In this document: positions 1 through 8,898 of the stretch, one piece after another
How positions within the stretch are numbered: position 1 is the stretch's first letter
Layout of the letters: every line of letters begins with the position of its first letter
From: a virus
Taxonomy: Duplodnaviria; Caudoviricetes
IMG/VR virus record: IMGVR_UViG_3300021962_000588
Location: 1-25,528 of that record
Length of the DNA: 25,528 bases
Direction: 5' to 3' (one strand)
Translations under genes and position numbers: made by a program
Notes under the pieces: model-generated
Database searches by the model: none
Told to the model about the DNA's origin: nothing
Seen by the model: only the letters and a program-made list of their open reading frames with translations

Positions 1-105
1 CAAATTCGATAGCTGATACTTGTTTTGGTATAGTATATTCAAAGGTCCGTTCACTACACCAGGAACGGAAATACCAGCTATATTGGTTGGGATAGATATA
101 GGCAT
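1..105 (-). CDS. 5' end of a structural gene running off the window, probably baseplate tail-tube cap (gp48-like)
   Basis: ATG at 105 reads MPISIPTNIAGISVPGVVNGPLNILYQKQVSAIEF with no stop to the edge. A TATAAATA late promoter lies upstream and the gene is divergent from gp4. The gp48 call rests mainly on synteny. Confidence 0.5.
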   Translation of the reverse strand, partial: MPISIPTNIAGISVPGVVNGPLNILYQNKYQLSNL

Positions 106-134
106 TGGAGTTTACTTTTTGAAGGCGATATACA

Positions 135-142
135 TATTTATA
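135..142 (-). promoter_or_regulatory. T4-type late promoter TATAAATA
   Basis: Exact T4 gp55 consensus 30 nt upstream of the ATG at 105. Confidence 0.75.
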
Positions 143-579
143 TGGCATACTCTGGCAGATTTTTACCAAAAAACCCACAAAAATATCGTGGAGACCCATC
201 AAACATAATCTATAGATCCACTTGGGAATGTAGGGTTATGAACTGGCTGGATACCACCGAATCTATTATTGAGTGGGGTTCCGAAGAAATAGTCATACCC
301 TACAGGTCACCTGTGGATAACCGTGTTCACCGTTATTTTCCTGATTTTTACGTGAAAGTCAAGCAAAAAGATGATACAATCAAGGTTATGATACTCGAAA
401 TTAAACCGGAAAAACAAACAAAACCACCAGAAAAGAAAAAAAGAGTCACTAAACAGTACATTAATGAAGTTGTGACATGGGGCATCAATGAATCTAAATG
501 GAAAGCAGCCACAGAATTTTGTCTTGATCGTGGGTGGATATTTAAAGTATTAACTGAAAAGGATTTAGGTATAAAATGA
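142..579 (+). CDS. gp4: Head completion nuclease (T4 gp4, TnsA-N-like)
   Basis: MAYSGRF.PKNPQKY.GD..IIYRSTWE, W.SEE..IPY, HRYFPDF, EIKP..QT, N..KW.AA motifs. Confidence 0.93.
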   Translation: MAYSGRFLPKNPQKYRGDPSNIIYRSTWECRVMNWLDTTESIIEWGSEEIVIPYRSPVDNRVHRYFPDFYVKVKQKDDTIKVMILEIKPEKQTKPPEKKKRVTKQYINEVVTWGINESKWKAATEFCLDRGWIFKVLTEKDLGIK

Positions 580-2339
580 TTCGATTGCATGTTTTGGCTG
601 TACCTCATACGGCATCCACTAAAGAGTATACGGTTTGTGCATTTACGCAAAAGGTGATAAACTTTTGCAAAATGTTCAAAAATGAAGGTATGCATGTCAT
701 ACATTATGGGCATGAACATTCAAACGTCGAATGTGATGAACACGTTACAGTTACCACTCAAGCTTTACTTGAAAAAGTTTATGGCATTTATGATTGGAAA
801 AACCAAGGGCTTAGGTTTAATCAACAGGATGAAGTTTATCAAACTTTTAATGAAAATTGTATTCGTGAAATAGGAAAAAGAAAACAGAAACACGATATCA
901 TTCTTTGTTTTTTTGGGCTTGCTCAAAAGCCAGTTTGTGACGCACATCCTGATTTATTGTGTGTTGAACCAAGTATTGGCTATCCTTCGCAATTTGCTCC
1001 CTACAAAGTCTACGAATCTTATGCAGTTATGCACGGTTTACAGGGACCTAATAGGATTTCTGAGGCTGAATATAAGTTCTATGATGCTGTAATACCTTCC
1101 GGATTTGATCTTTCTGAATTTGAATTCAAAGACTGGAATCAAAAAGAAGATTACTTTTTGATGTGTGGTAGAATGGTGTGGTCAAAAGGTGTTGATATTG
1201 CCGCTCAGATCACAGAAAAAATAGGTAAAAAATTGATTCTGGCGGGTACGACTCACGGTCCGAATGATTGCAATTTAGGAAACGAATGGCCAAAACACGT
1301 TGAATATGTTGGATATGCCGACGTTGAAAAACGCAAAAAATTAATGTCTGGAGCCATGGGTTTGTTCTGCCCTACAATTTATAATGAACCTTTTGGATAT
1401 GTTGCCATTGAGTCTATGTTGTCTGGCACACCAGTCATTACGGTCGATTGGGGTGCATTTACTGAAACTGTACAGCATGGTATCACTGGCTATCGCTGTA
1501 GAACCTTTGAACAGTTTGTTTGGGCAGCTAAAAATATTACCACAATTTCACCTCATGCTTGTCGTGAATGGGCATCCGAAAACTATAATTTCAAAAAAAT
1601 TGGTAAAATGTATCGAGAATATTTTGAATCAATCATTAATGTTTCGAAAGGTACTGGATGGTACACCGATAACCCCGAAAGAAAAGAGCTTGAATGGTTA
1701 ACAAAAACACCACCTAAAAATGTTAAAACCTTCAAAGAAATACTCAATTGGTATAATGATATGAAAGAGGGCAAGCTAAAATTTTTACAAATTGGAGCTA
1801 TGGATGGGGTTTCTCACGATGAGCTGAATTCATACGTACAATGTTTTGATTGGGAAGGAGTTCTAGTTGAACCTTTGCCGGATATGTTTCAAAAATTACT
1901 TGATAATTACAGTGGAAAATATGGATTAGAATTTGAATGTTCAGCAATTACCGAAGAAGATGGTGAGGCTGAAATTAGTAGAGTGCCTCCTGATGCAAAA
2001 GATGCCCCAGATTGGGCAGAAGGTTGTTCCACTCTAGTACCTGAAAAACATATCGATTATCTGGTACCGATGATGGTAAAAGAAAAGATAAAGACCATGT
2101 CACTCAAGTCTCTAGTTGAAAAATATAAATTGCATGATGTTAATTTTGTGCAAATCGACACTGAGGGTTATGATTTTAAAATTTTCATGCAAATGGAAGG
2201 GTTGATCGATCCAGACCTAATAAAAGTTGAAATTGCACATGTTACCTACACAAATGCCGTTTATATGAGATATGTTCTGGAGCAAAAAGGGTACAAGGTT
2301 TTCATCGATAATTACGATTTAATTGCTTACCGGTTCTAA
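576..2339 (+). CDS. GT4 (GT-B) glycosyltransferase fused to an FkbM-family methyltransferase
   Basis: GR....KG and EPFGYVAIESMLSGTPVI GT4 motifs. The C-terminal part has QIGAMDG, GVLVEP and QIDTEGYD FkbM motifs. Confidence 0.85.
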   Translation: MIRLHVLAVPHTASTKEYTVCAFTQKVINFCKMFKNEGMHVIHYGHEHSNVECDEHVTVTTQALLEKVYGIYDWKNQGLRFNQQDEVYQTFNENCIREIGKRKQKHDIILCFFGLAQKPVCDAHPDLLCVEPSIGYPSQFAPYKVYESYAVMHGLQGPNRISEAEYKFYDAVIPSGFDLSEFEFKDWNQKEDYFLMCGRMVWSKGVDIAAQITEKIGKKLILAGTTHGPNDCNLGNEWPKHVEYVGYADVEKRKKLMSGAMGLFCPTIYNEPFGYVAIESMLSGTPVITVDWGAFTETVQHGITGYRCRTFEQFVWAAKNITTISPHACREWASENYNFKKIGKMYREYFESIINVSKGTGWYTDNPERKELEWLTKTPPKNVKTFKEILNWYNDMKEGKLKFLQIGAMDGVSHDELNSYVQCFDWEGVLVEPLPDMFQKLLDNYSGKYGLEFECSAITEEDGEAEISRVPPDAKDAPDWAEGCSTLVPEKHIDYLVPMMVKEKIKTMSLKSLVEKYKLHDVNFVQIDTEGYDFKIFMQMEGLIDPDLIKVEIAHVTYTNAVYMRYVLEQKGYKVFIDNYDLIAYRF

Positions 2340-2347
2340 GATAAATA
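2340..2347 (+). promoter_or_regulatory. Late promoter variant GATAAATA
   Basis: TAAATA core in the short intergenic gap immediately before gp2. Confidence 0.55.
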
Positions 2348-2351
2348 TGGC

Positions 2352-2951
2352 ATGGCTTCTACACTTACTCAAATTGCACTCCAAAGAACGTCTCTGGAAC
2401 AAGATTTTTTGTCCAGACAGGCTGTTTCATGGTTTCAGGATAGGGTAAAGGAGTTAAAATCTCCTACGGCTTTGGCACGGGAGATTGTTGCAGAAAAGGG
2501 TCGTGGCGGTAGGCTATTAATGGGTGGTTTATACCACTTTTTCTACGATCCACTAACTAAAAATAAATTAGACTATTACGATATATTTCCTTTGGTCATA
2601 CCTCTTGACCGTGATAAAGAGGGCTTCATAGGGCTAAACCTTCATTATTTGCCACCGAGATATCGTGCAGCATTTTTAGATAAACTCATGGCATTTGCAA
2701 TTATGAATGACCAGGATGAGCCTAAAAGACTCAGAGTTACTTATGATATTCTCAAAACAGCAAAAAATTATAGAGAATTTAAACCTTGCATCAAACGTTA
2801 TTTGAACACACAAATACGTTCAAAAATAGTAACGATTAAACCTAATGAGTGGGAAACTGCATTATTTTTACCGACCGCCATTTTCAAGGGCGCAACTTCT
2901 TCAACGGTGTACAAAGAATCACTTTCAAAAATACAAGGTAGGATAATCTAA
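2352..2951 (+). CDS. gp2: DNA end protector protein (T4 gp2)
   Basis: YDP..K..L.YYD.FPLV, GF.GLNLHYLPP.YR, PCIKRYL, W.TALFLPTA.F. Confidence 0.93.
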   Translation: MASTLTQIALQRTSLEQDFLSRQAVSWFQDRVKELKSPTALAREIVAEKGRGGRLLMGGLYHFFYDPLTKNKLDYYDIFPLVIPLDRDKEGFIGLNLHYLPPRYRAAFLDKLMAFAIMNDQDEPKRLRVTYDILKTAKNYREFKPCIKRYLNTQIRSKIVTIKPNEWETALFLPTAIFKGATSSTVYKESLSKIQGRII

Positions 2952-3634
2952 TGGCAGGCTCAATCTCCGAATTCAAATCTAGCTTTAGAACTGATGTAGC
3001 TAGACCAAATAAATTTGACGTAAGTATTCCTATTCCCATTGGAATGGTGCCCTACTTAAGAACATCCAGAAATCTAAATCTTCGATGCGAGTCTGCTGAA
3101 CTGCCTGGTAGATCACTTGCCACAACGACCATGAAAGTTTATGGGGTTGAAGAAAAGTTTCCATATCTTACGACATACAATGATGTCTCTTTAACTTTCA
3201 TTGTTGGTGATGATATGAAAGAGAAAAAGTTTTTTGACGCATGGTTGAACTGGATTAATCCTCAGGTCAATTTTAATTTCAAGTATAAGAATGATTATTC
3301 GGTCATAGTTAGAATTAATCAATATGACGTTTCTAATAAACTGTCATATTCAGCAGATTTGCTTGAAGCATATCCAATTGCAGTAAATCCACTTTCTTTA
3401 GATTGGTCTGCCGATGGTTACCATAAACTGACGGTAACTTTTGCATTTACTCAGTGGAGAGATAACTCACTAGAGTCGATTGGTATGGAATTCTTAGAGA
3501 ATACTATAGCAAACTCTCTATTTGGTGGTGATACGATTCGCACATTGGGTAATCTAGGAAAAGACCTTGTGCCACCAGAACAGGCTGCTCCTATTACAGA
3601 ATCACAACCTTCTTTAATAAATTATCGTAATTAA
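2951..3634 (+). CDS. gp54: Baseplate tail-tube initiator (gp54-like, tube fold)
   Basis: ARPNKF, LRCESAELPG, FFDAW, L.EAYP..V..L.L.W, LTVTFAF..W; position between gp2 and gp26. Confidence 0.75.
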   Translation: MAGSISEFKSSFRTDVARPNKFDVSIPIPIGMVPYLRTSRNLNLRCESAELPGRSLATTTMKVYGVEEKFPYLTTYNDVSLTFIVGDDMKEKKFFDAWLNWINPQVNFNFKYKNDYSVIVRINQYDVSNKLSYSADLLEAYPIAVNPLSLDWSADGYHKLTVTFAFTQWRDNSLESIGMEFLENTIANSLFGGDTIRTLGNLGKDLVPPEQAAPITESQPSLINYRN

Positions 3635-3661
3635 AAAATAGTTTCATCATGGAGTTTATAA

Positions 3662-4387
3662 ATGCCATTACCAAAAATTGATACACCGATATATGATTTA
3701 GTTTTACCTCTTTCAAAAAAGGAAATTAGATTTAGACCATTTCTCGTCAAAGAACAGAAAAATCTTTTGATGGCAATGGAGTCTGATGATAAAGAATCAA
3801 TTGAGAAAAATGTCAAACAAGTTTTAATTAATTGCACATTGACTGAAGGTATCGATATCGAAAAATTACCTGTTGTTGACGTTGAATTTTACTTTTTAAA
3901 TCTTCGTGCAAGATCAATCGGTGAAGTTATTGAAAACAAGTACCGTTGTGATAATGAAGTAAACGGTGAGAAATGTGGAAATATCATGGATGTCAAGATG
4001 AACATTCTTGATATTAAAGTTGAAGGCGTAAAAGAGAATGATGACATTATCGAGTTGACCGATAAAGTGTCTATCAAGCTTAGATATCCCGAGTTCTCTT
4101 TTCTCAAGAAAGTATCAAAGCTTGATGATTTGTCTGATATAGCTTTTGAAATGATTGCTGATTGTATTGAATATGTTTATGATGGTGAACAGTTTTATTA
4201 TGCGAAAGAAGTGTCGAGTCAAGAGATGGTTGAATTTGTAGAGTCTCTGAATCAAACACAATTCTCGAAGATTGAAGAATTTTTTGCAAATCTTCCTAAG
4301 TTAGAAAAGAAACTTGATATGAAATGTTCTAGATGTGGCTTTGAGCATCGTTTAGATGTTGAAGGGCTTGAAAGTTTTTTCGGCTAA
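3662..4387 (+). CDS. gp26: Baseplate hub subunit / assembly chaperone (gp26)
   Basis: MPLPKI.TP.Y.L.LP, FRPFLVKEQK.LLMA, D.EF.FL.LRARSIGE, CxxC, ending EGLESFF. Confidence 0.9.
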   Translation: MPLPKIDTPIYDLVLPLSKKEIRFRPFLVKEQKNLLMAMESDDKESIEKNVKQVLINCTLTEGIDIEKLPVVDVEFYFLNLRARSIGEVIENKYRCDNEVNGEKCGNIMDVKMNILDIKVEGVKENDDIIELTDKVSIKLRYPEFSFLKKVSKLDDLSDIAFEMIADCIEYVYDGEQFYYAKEVSSQEMVEFVESLNQTQFSKIEEFFANLPKLEKKLDMKCSRCGFEHRLDVEGLESFFG

Positions 4388-4581
4388 CTTTTTGTCATGA
4401 CAACCTGAGGAATTATTATAAAACTAATTTCTCTTTGATGCAGCACCATAAGTATAGTCTCACGGAACTTGAAAATATGATACCGTGGGAACGTGACATA
4501 TATGTTACTATGTTGATACAGTATATTGAGGAAGAAAACTTAAAACTAAAACAAAAACAAAACGAAAGAAAACTTAGATGA
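4375..4581 (+). CDS. gp51: Baseplate hub assembly catalyst (gp51-like), missing from the ORF track; first ATG at 4438, possibly entered by -1 frameshift
   Basis: Open frame FFRLTFCHDNLRNYYKTNFSLMQHHKYSLTELENMIPWERDIYVTMLIQYIEEENLKLKQKQNERKLR*. Its stop overlaps the next start (ATGA at 4578-4581). Confidence 0.85.
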   Translation, partial: FFRLTFCHDNLRNYYKTNFSLMQHHKYSLTELENMIPWERDIYVTMLIQYIEEENLKLKQKQNERKLR

Positions 4582-6302
4582 ACTATCAGGAAGCTGCGAT
4601 AATAAGAAAAAAAAGCTTTGCTGAAATAATGACTCAAAAATTAATTGAGGGTCAGGGTTTAATTTCATCTGTTGGTAGCGCAAGAAGAGACATAAAACAA
4701 GCCAAGAAACTTGCAAGAAAAGAAAAGTTTGACATACTAAACGTTGCAAAATTTTTGACTGGTGGCAGCACTCTTGCGCCAGCAATTTTAGGAAGAATGT
4801 TAGGAAGAAAATCTTCAGACATATCTTATTTCGCTGGCAGAAAAATGCTCGGTGATACCACCGAATCAAATAAAGTGCTGATACAGATATTAGACTTTAT
4901 GAAAACGTCTCGTCAGCAAAAAGAAAAAGATTTTCAAACTCATATGATGTATCAAGAAATGAATGAACTGATGCGTAACGATAGGCATCAGGAAGTTCTC
5001 AATGTTTTTCTCGATGCTATTAAGAAAAACTCAACACCAAAAAGAAGAAGAGTCCGTGCAATAACATCTCCTATGAGTGGTGGTTTTGCAACAACTGCTT
5101 TACTTGTTACTGGCGCCGCTGGGCTTCTTATGATGTCTAAAGAATCTGTTGCAGCGATAAGAAAAAGATCCGATGATGATTTAAAAATTTTAGAAACGGA
5201 AACTGATAAACAAGTTAAATCATTACAAAGCCCATATGATGAAATTTATTTCATAGCTGAAGAAGATAAAATTAGCAGTGAATATAAAAAGGAATTGCAA
5301 GAGATTTCGGACACTGATGAAAAATGGAAAGAAATAGAAAACATTTCTGAAGAAGAAAAAGAAGAAGCCGCACCAAGAGGTGGTGGTTTAACTTTAATGA
5401 AAGAAGCAATTCCTGATGTTGGACCTGAACCAACAGCTACCGAAGTTGAACCTTCACTGCCAAAAAATTTGATGCCTAAAGCAAGAGGTCTTGAAAAAGT
5501 TGAACCAGAAACTGCTAAAATGGTTTCGCCTGCACAAATATCGATAGCAGGTGAAACAGGTGCAAAAACAATTACTCAAGCTAAACAGAAGAGTTCTCAA
5601 ATTGTGAAAAATGATCCAAAAAAGGGTCATAAATCATACGGCATTTTTGGTATGAATACCTTGTCGAAAACTATTGATCAGTTTGTTTCTCAAAATCCTC
5701 AGTTCGGTTTCGAAAACAAACCAGGAACTGATGCATTTGACGATGAATGGAAAGAAATTTCTAAAACTAGATCGGACGAAATATATGCTGCTCAAGTCAG
5801 ATGGTATGAAAACAATGTTCTTGAACCTTTAAAAAAGGAAATGAAAAGTTTGTTGCCAACTAATTTAGCTTCTGATGAAAGAATTTTAGCTTTACTCGCA
5901 GATCGAAGAGTTCAATATGGAAGAGTGATGGAAAACGATGCATTACAATATGCATTAATGTCTGAGACACCTGAAGAATTTATTAATAGAGTTACAGAAT
6001 TTGATAAAGAAAATATTGGGACGGCTTTTAAAACATATCTAAGCAATAACCCTGGAAATGAAAAAGGTTTGTTAAGTAGACTTGATATGCGAAGAAGAAT
6101 GGCATTACAATTCTCATATAACACTATTGGTGACAGAGTTCAAACAAGTTCAGTTGAAAATCAAGATATGAAAAAAGAATTAAAAGATGTTTTGAGTCAA
6201 ACAACAATTATATTTGATAATCAGAATATTGTCAATCAAAAAACTACTCAGATTGCATTTAATGCACAAGAACAATCACTTAATCCTATTTTAAGTAGGT
6301 AA
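4578..6302 (+). CDS. Baseplate hub / tape-measure-like protein with a probable C-terminal lysozyme-like domain
   Basis: gp29-like position after gp26/gp51, helical N-terminus, acidic/Pro linker. GETG...ND...G.KSYGIFG resembles VgrG3-type muramidase motifs. Confidence 0.55.
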   Translation: MNYQEAAIIRKKSFAEIMTQKLIEGQGLISSVGSARRDIKQAKKLARKEKFDILNVAKFLTGGSTLAPAILGRMLGRKSSDISYFAGRKMLGDTTESNKVLIQILDFMKTSRQQKEKDFQTHMMYQEMNELMRNDRHQEVLNVFLDAIKKNSTPKRRRVRAITSPMSGGFATTALLVTGAAGLLMMSKESVAAIRKRSDDDLKILETETDKQVKSLQSPYDEIYFIAEEDKISSEYKKELQEISDTDEKWKEIENISEEEKEEAAPRGGGLTLMKEAIPDVGPEPTATEVEPSLPKNLMPKARGLEKVEPETAKMVSPAQISIAGETGAKTITQAKQKSSQIVKNDPKKGHKSYGIFGMNTLSKTIDQFVSQNPQFGFENKPGTDAFDDEWKEISKTRSDEIYAAQVRWYENNVLEPLKKEMKSLLPTNLASDERILALLADRRVQYGRVMENDALQYALMSETPEEFINRVTEFDKENIGTAFKTYLSNNPGNEKGLLSRLDMRRRMALQFSYNTIGDRVQTSSVENQDMKKELKDVLSQTTIIFDNQNIVNQKTTQIAFNAQEQSLNPILSR

Positions 6303-6304
6303 AA

Positions 6305-7921
6305 ATGGAATACAAACTAGCAAGAGACGTAAGAGGGCGTTCATTATCTTCATTAATTACTTCAAATATAACTGAAGGTAAGAATGTTACATCAGCCATT
6401 AAAGGTGCTCTGTCTCAAAAGTTAAGAGCAAGAGGTACGGCTATTAAAGAAAAGTTTGATCCTCTTAATATTGTCAGATTTATGACTGGTGGTAGTCGAC
6501 TTGCAACTGCGGCAGTTGGTAGGCTTACAGGAAGAAAACGTTCAGATATAGAATATTTCACCGGCACAACTCGACAGAGAAAAACATATACGCCTCTGTC
6601 AAAAGGTGCACCGGGAGAATTAGATTCTTCTTCTGTTGGTTTGTTATCAGATATGTTCAATTTTATGAAACAAACATATGAAGATGATAGACAGAGACAG
6701 CAAACAGAAAAAGCGTTCAGAGAGGAAAAAGAAAACGAAGAACAGAGAAGGCATGATAGATTTTTGGCTGTACTTCAACAATATGTATCAGTTACGTCTG
6801 GCGTTGGTCCTACTCCAAAACAACAACCTGAAACTGAAAGTTTAATCAGTAAGCTACTAAGCTCGATCAAAAGTGCAATAGGTGGCGTAATAGATGCTAT
6901 GAAAGCAATTATATCATCTGTTTTCAAAGGTGTCGTTGCCCTGCTGAGTAAGCTGATGGGTGGTATAGCATCGCTGATAGGTACTCTTTTGACCGGTATG
7001 AGAAAAATAATTACGAATCTAATAGGAAAATTATTGTCCGGTTTGAAATGGTTAGGCTCACTAAAAAAATTCTTTAAAGGTCCTTTTTTTAAATTTATAA
7101 CAGGAGGATTGTTTAGATTTTTACTAAGATTCGGTGGTCCTGCTGCTCTCGCATATGCCTTATTGAAATATATCGTTGATATAACTCCTGATATGAAGTC
7201 TCTTTCTCCACAAGAGGCCGCCAATTTATTGGAAAATGGCACACCTGAAATGATAAGAAAATCTGGTGGTCAAGATTTTTTAATGAACATTGTAAAAAAT
7301 GGAAAACAAAGGGCTCAAAGTATAATGAGCCGTGTTGAAAGCGGTGAGGATTCTTCTGAACTCGATAAAGAAATAAGAAGCATGGGTGGTCTTGATAAAA
7401 TTAGAAAAATATTGGCGGAAAAAGAAATTGATATATCGAAATTTATCAAAAGAAACCCGATTGAAGATATGGCACCATTATATGGTATAACTAAAGAAGA
7501 ATATTTAAAAGCTAAACCAGGGAGAGAAAATTGGTGGGAACAATCGATAGCGCCCTATTATGATGAAATGGGGGTTCGAAGAGATTTATCAGGTACTTTT
7601 GAACCTCCTACGAATTGGAAAAAAATGAAATCTGCTTATCAAGCGGGAGGTGAACTGCCTAAATCTTTAGGAGAATATGATCCAAACATACCAACTCCAC
7701 CTACTGTAACTCCAATACCACCGAGACAAATAGAGCAAACGCCTCTTATAGACTACAACGAGGCTTCTCTGATGATGTCTCTACCTGATACAAATATTGT
7801 TAATCGTTCATCAAATCCAGTAAATCTGCCGGATAAACCACAACCTGTCAGCGCAAGTGTTAGAAACAAGGAACAAATGTTGAGACACGTTGTAACAGGT
7901 AGAGTAATTGTAGGGCAATAA
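6305..7921 (+). CDS. Second hub / tape-measure-like protein, paralog of the preceding gene
   Basis: Shares the N-terminal KEKFD.LN...F.TGGS.LA.A..GR..GRK.SDI.YF.G block. Has a long amphipathic Gly/Leu/Ile/Lys segment typical of tape-measure proteins. Confidence 0.55.
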   Translation: MEYKLARDVRGRSLSSLITSNITEGKNVTSAIKGALSQKLRARGTAIKEKFDPLNIVRFMTGGSRLATAAVGRLTGRKRSDIEYFTGTTRQRKTYTPLSKGAPGELDSSSVGLLSDMFNFMKQTYEDDRQRQQTEKAFREEKENEEQRRHDRFLAVLQQYVSVTSGVGPTPKQQPETESLISKLLSSIKSAIGGVIDAMKAIISSVFKGVVALLSKLMGGIASLIGTLLTGMRKIITNLIGKLLSGLKWLGSLKKFFKGPFFKFITGGLFRFLLRFGGPAALAYALLKYIVDITPDMKSLSPQEAANLLENGTPEMIRKSGGQDFLMNIVKNGKQRAQSIMSRVESGEDSSELDKEIRSMGGLDKIRKILAEKEIDISKFIKRNPIEDMAPLYGITKEEYLKAKPGRENWWEQSIAPYYDEMGVRRDLSGTFEPPTNWKKMKSAYQAGGELPKSLGEYDPNIPTPPTVTPIPPRQIEQTPLIDYNEASLMMSLPDTNIVNRSSNPVNLPDKPQPVSASVRNKEQMLRHVVTGRVIVGQ

Positions 7922-7946
7922 AAAAGGGGCTTTCGCCCCTTTCTTT
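7920..7946. terminator. Bidirectional intrinsic terminator
   Basis: AAAAAA-GGGGC-TTTC-GCCCC-TTTCTTT between convergent genes. Confidence 0.85.
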
Positions 7947-8823
7947 ATTCTTCAGCCAATTTTGAGAAGTATGCTAGATCATCGTCCTCTTCACCAATTT
8001 CTACATCAACTGGTGCAGGCTTTTTAGGTGCAGCTTTTGCTTGCTCAACAGTTGTTTTTGGAACTGGCGGTGAACCATCAACACCAAGAACTTTGTCCAT
8101 CTTAGCTTTAAGCTCATCATAAGACTTGAAGTTTTCTGGCGCAAGAAACTCTCTTAGAGAATGCTCATATTTCCAGATTGATTCAAGCTTATCATCATCA
8201 AAATCACCAAGAACGGAAGGTGCTTCAAACTCTGACTTATCATAATTTTGATAACCTTCAACTTTACGAATTTTCAGTTTGAAGTTTGCACCTTTCCACA
8301 TATCAAAAGGATTAATAGCCTTTTCATCTTCAAATTGTGGATTCATCGACTCATTAATCTTGTCGAAGATTTTCTTTCCGTATTTGTACAGGAAGACTTT
8401 GCCTTCGTTTTCTGGATTTTTTGGATCTTCCACAACGTAGATGTTAGAGATATAAGAGAGTCGGCGCTTTTGCTTACGAGCGATTTCTTTGTTTGCTTCA
8501 ACACCAGAATTCCATAGTTGCGAATTGTATTCGGAAACAGGGTCTTTTTGCCCAATCGTGGTCAACGAGTTTTCGATATACCAACCACCGGGACCCTGAA
8601 ACCCATGATTAAAGATTTTAACCCAAGGAAGCCCGTCCTCACCATCAACTTCAGGCTGAGGTAAAAAACGAATAACAGCATAGCCATTACCTGCTTTATC
8701 TACTTCAGGTTTCCAAAATTTATCTTCTTTGGTTGTTTGCTCTGACGAACTAAGTTGTTCGATTGCTTTGGCGAGTTTCTCCAGATTACCGGAGCTTCGT
8801 TTGAGATTTGCGAATGATGACAT
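7945..8823 (-). CDS. gp32: Single-stranded DNA-binding protein (gp32)
   Basis: DKAGNGYAVIRFLP, HGFQGPGGWYIENSLTT, GKVFLYKYGKKIFDKI, GANFKLKIRKV, acidic tail. Start moved to the ATG at 8823, which has an AAGGA SD. Confidence 0.97.
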   Translation of the reverse strand: MSSFANLKRSSGNLEKLAKAIEQLSSSEQTTKEDKFWKPEVDKAGNGYAVIRFLPQPEVDGEDGLPWVKIFNHGFQGPGGWYIENSLTTIGQKDPVSEYNSQLWNSGVEANKEIARKQKRRLSYISNIYVVEDPKNPENEGKVFLYKYGKKIFDKINESMNPQFEDEKAINPFDMWKGANFKLKIRKVEGYQNYDKSEFEAPSVLGDFDDDKLESIWKYEHSLREFLAPENFKSYDELKAKMDKVLGVDGSPPVPKTTVEQAKAAPKKPAPVDVEIGEEDDDLAYFSKLAEE

Positions 8824-8890
8824 CGTATTTTCCTTTGTATAAACGTTGTGTGTTGTATTGCGATTTGTCCAAAACATCATGATATATGAT

Positions 8891-8898
8891 TATTTAGT
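8891..8898 (-). promoter_or_regulatory. Late promoter variant ACTAAATA upstream of gp32
   Basis: TAAATA core about 67 nt before the gp32 start; the same octamer recurs at 21202 and 21691. Confidence 0.5.

Noticed and set aside
6415-7242. Minus-strand ORFs inside 6305..7921, and similar short overlapping ORFs elsewhere (e.g. 348..719, 13918..14505, 23648..23977)
   Set aside because: Antisense or off-frame shadows of well-supported genes.
8824-8880. ORF-track N-terminal extension of gp32 (likewise gp33 to 10265, the barrel to 11608, the membrane protein to 10725)
   Set aside because: For gp32, gp33 and the barrel, downstream starts have clear SD sequences and family-typical N-termini. The membrane-protein extension would overlap the hydrolase by 200 nt.
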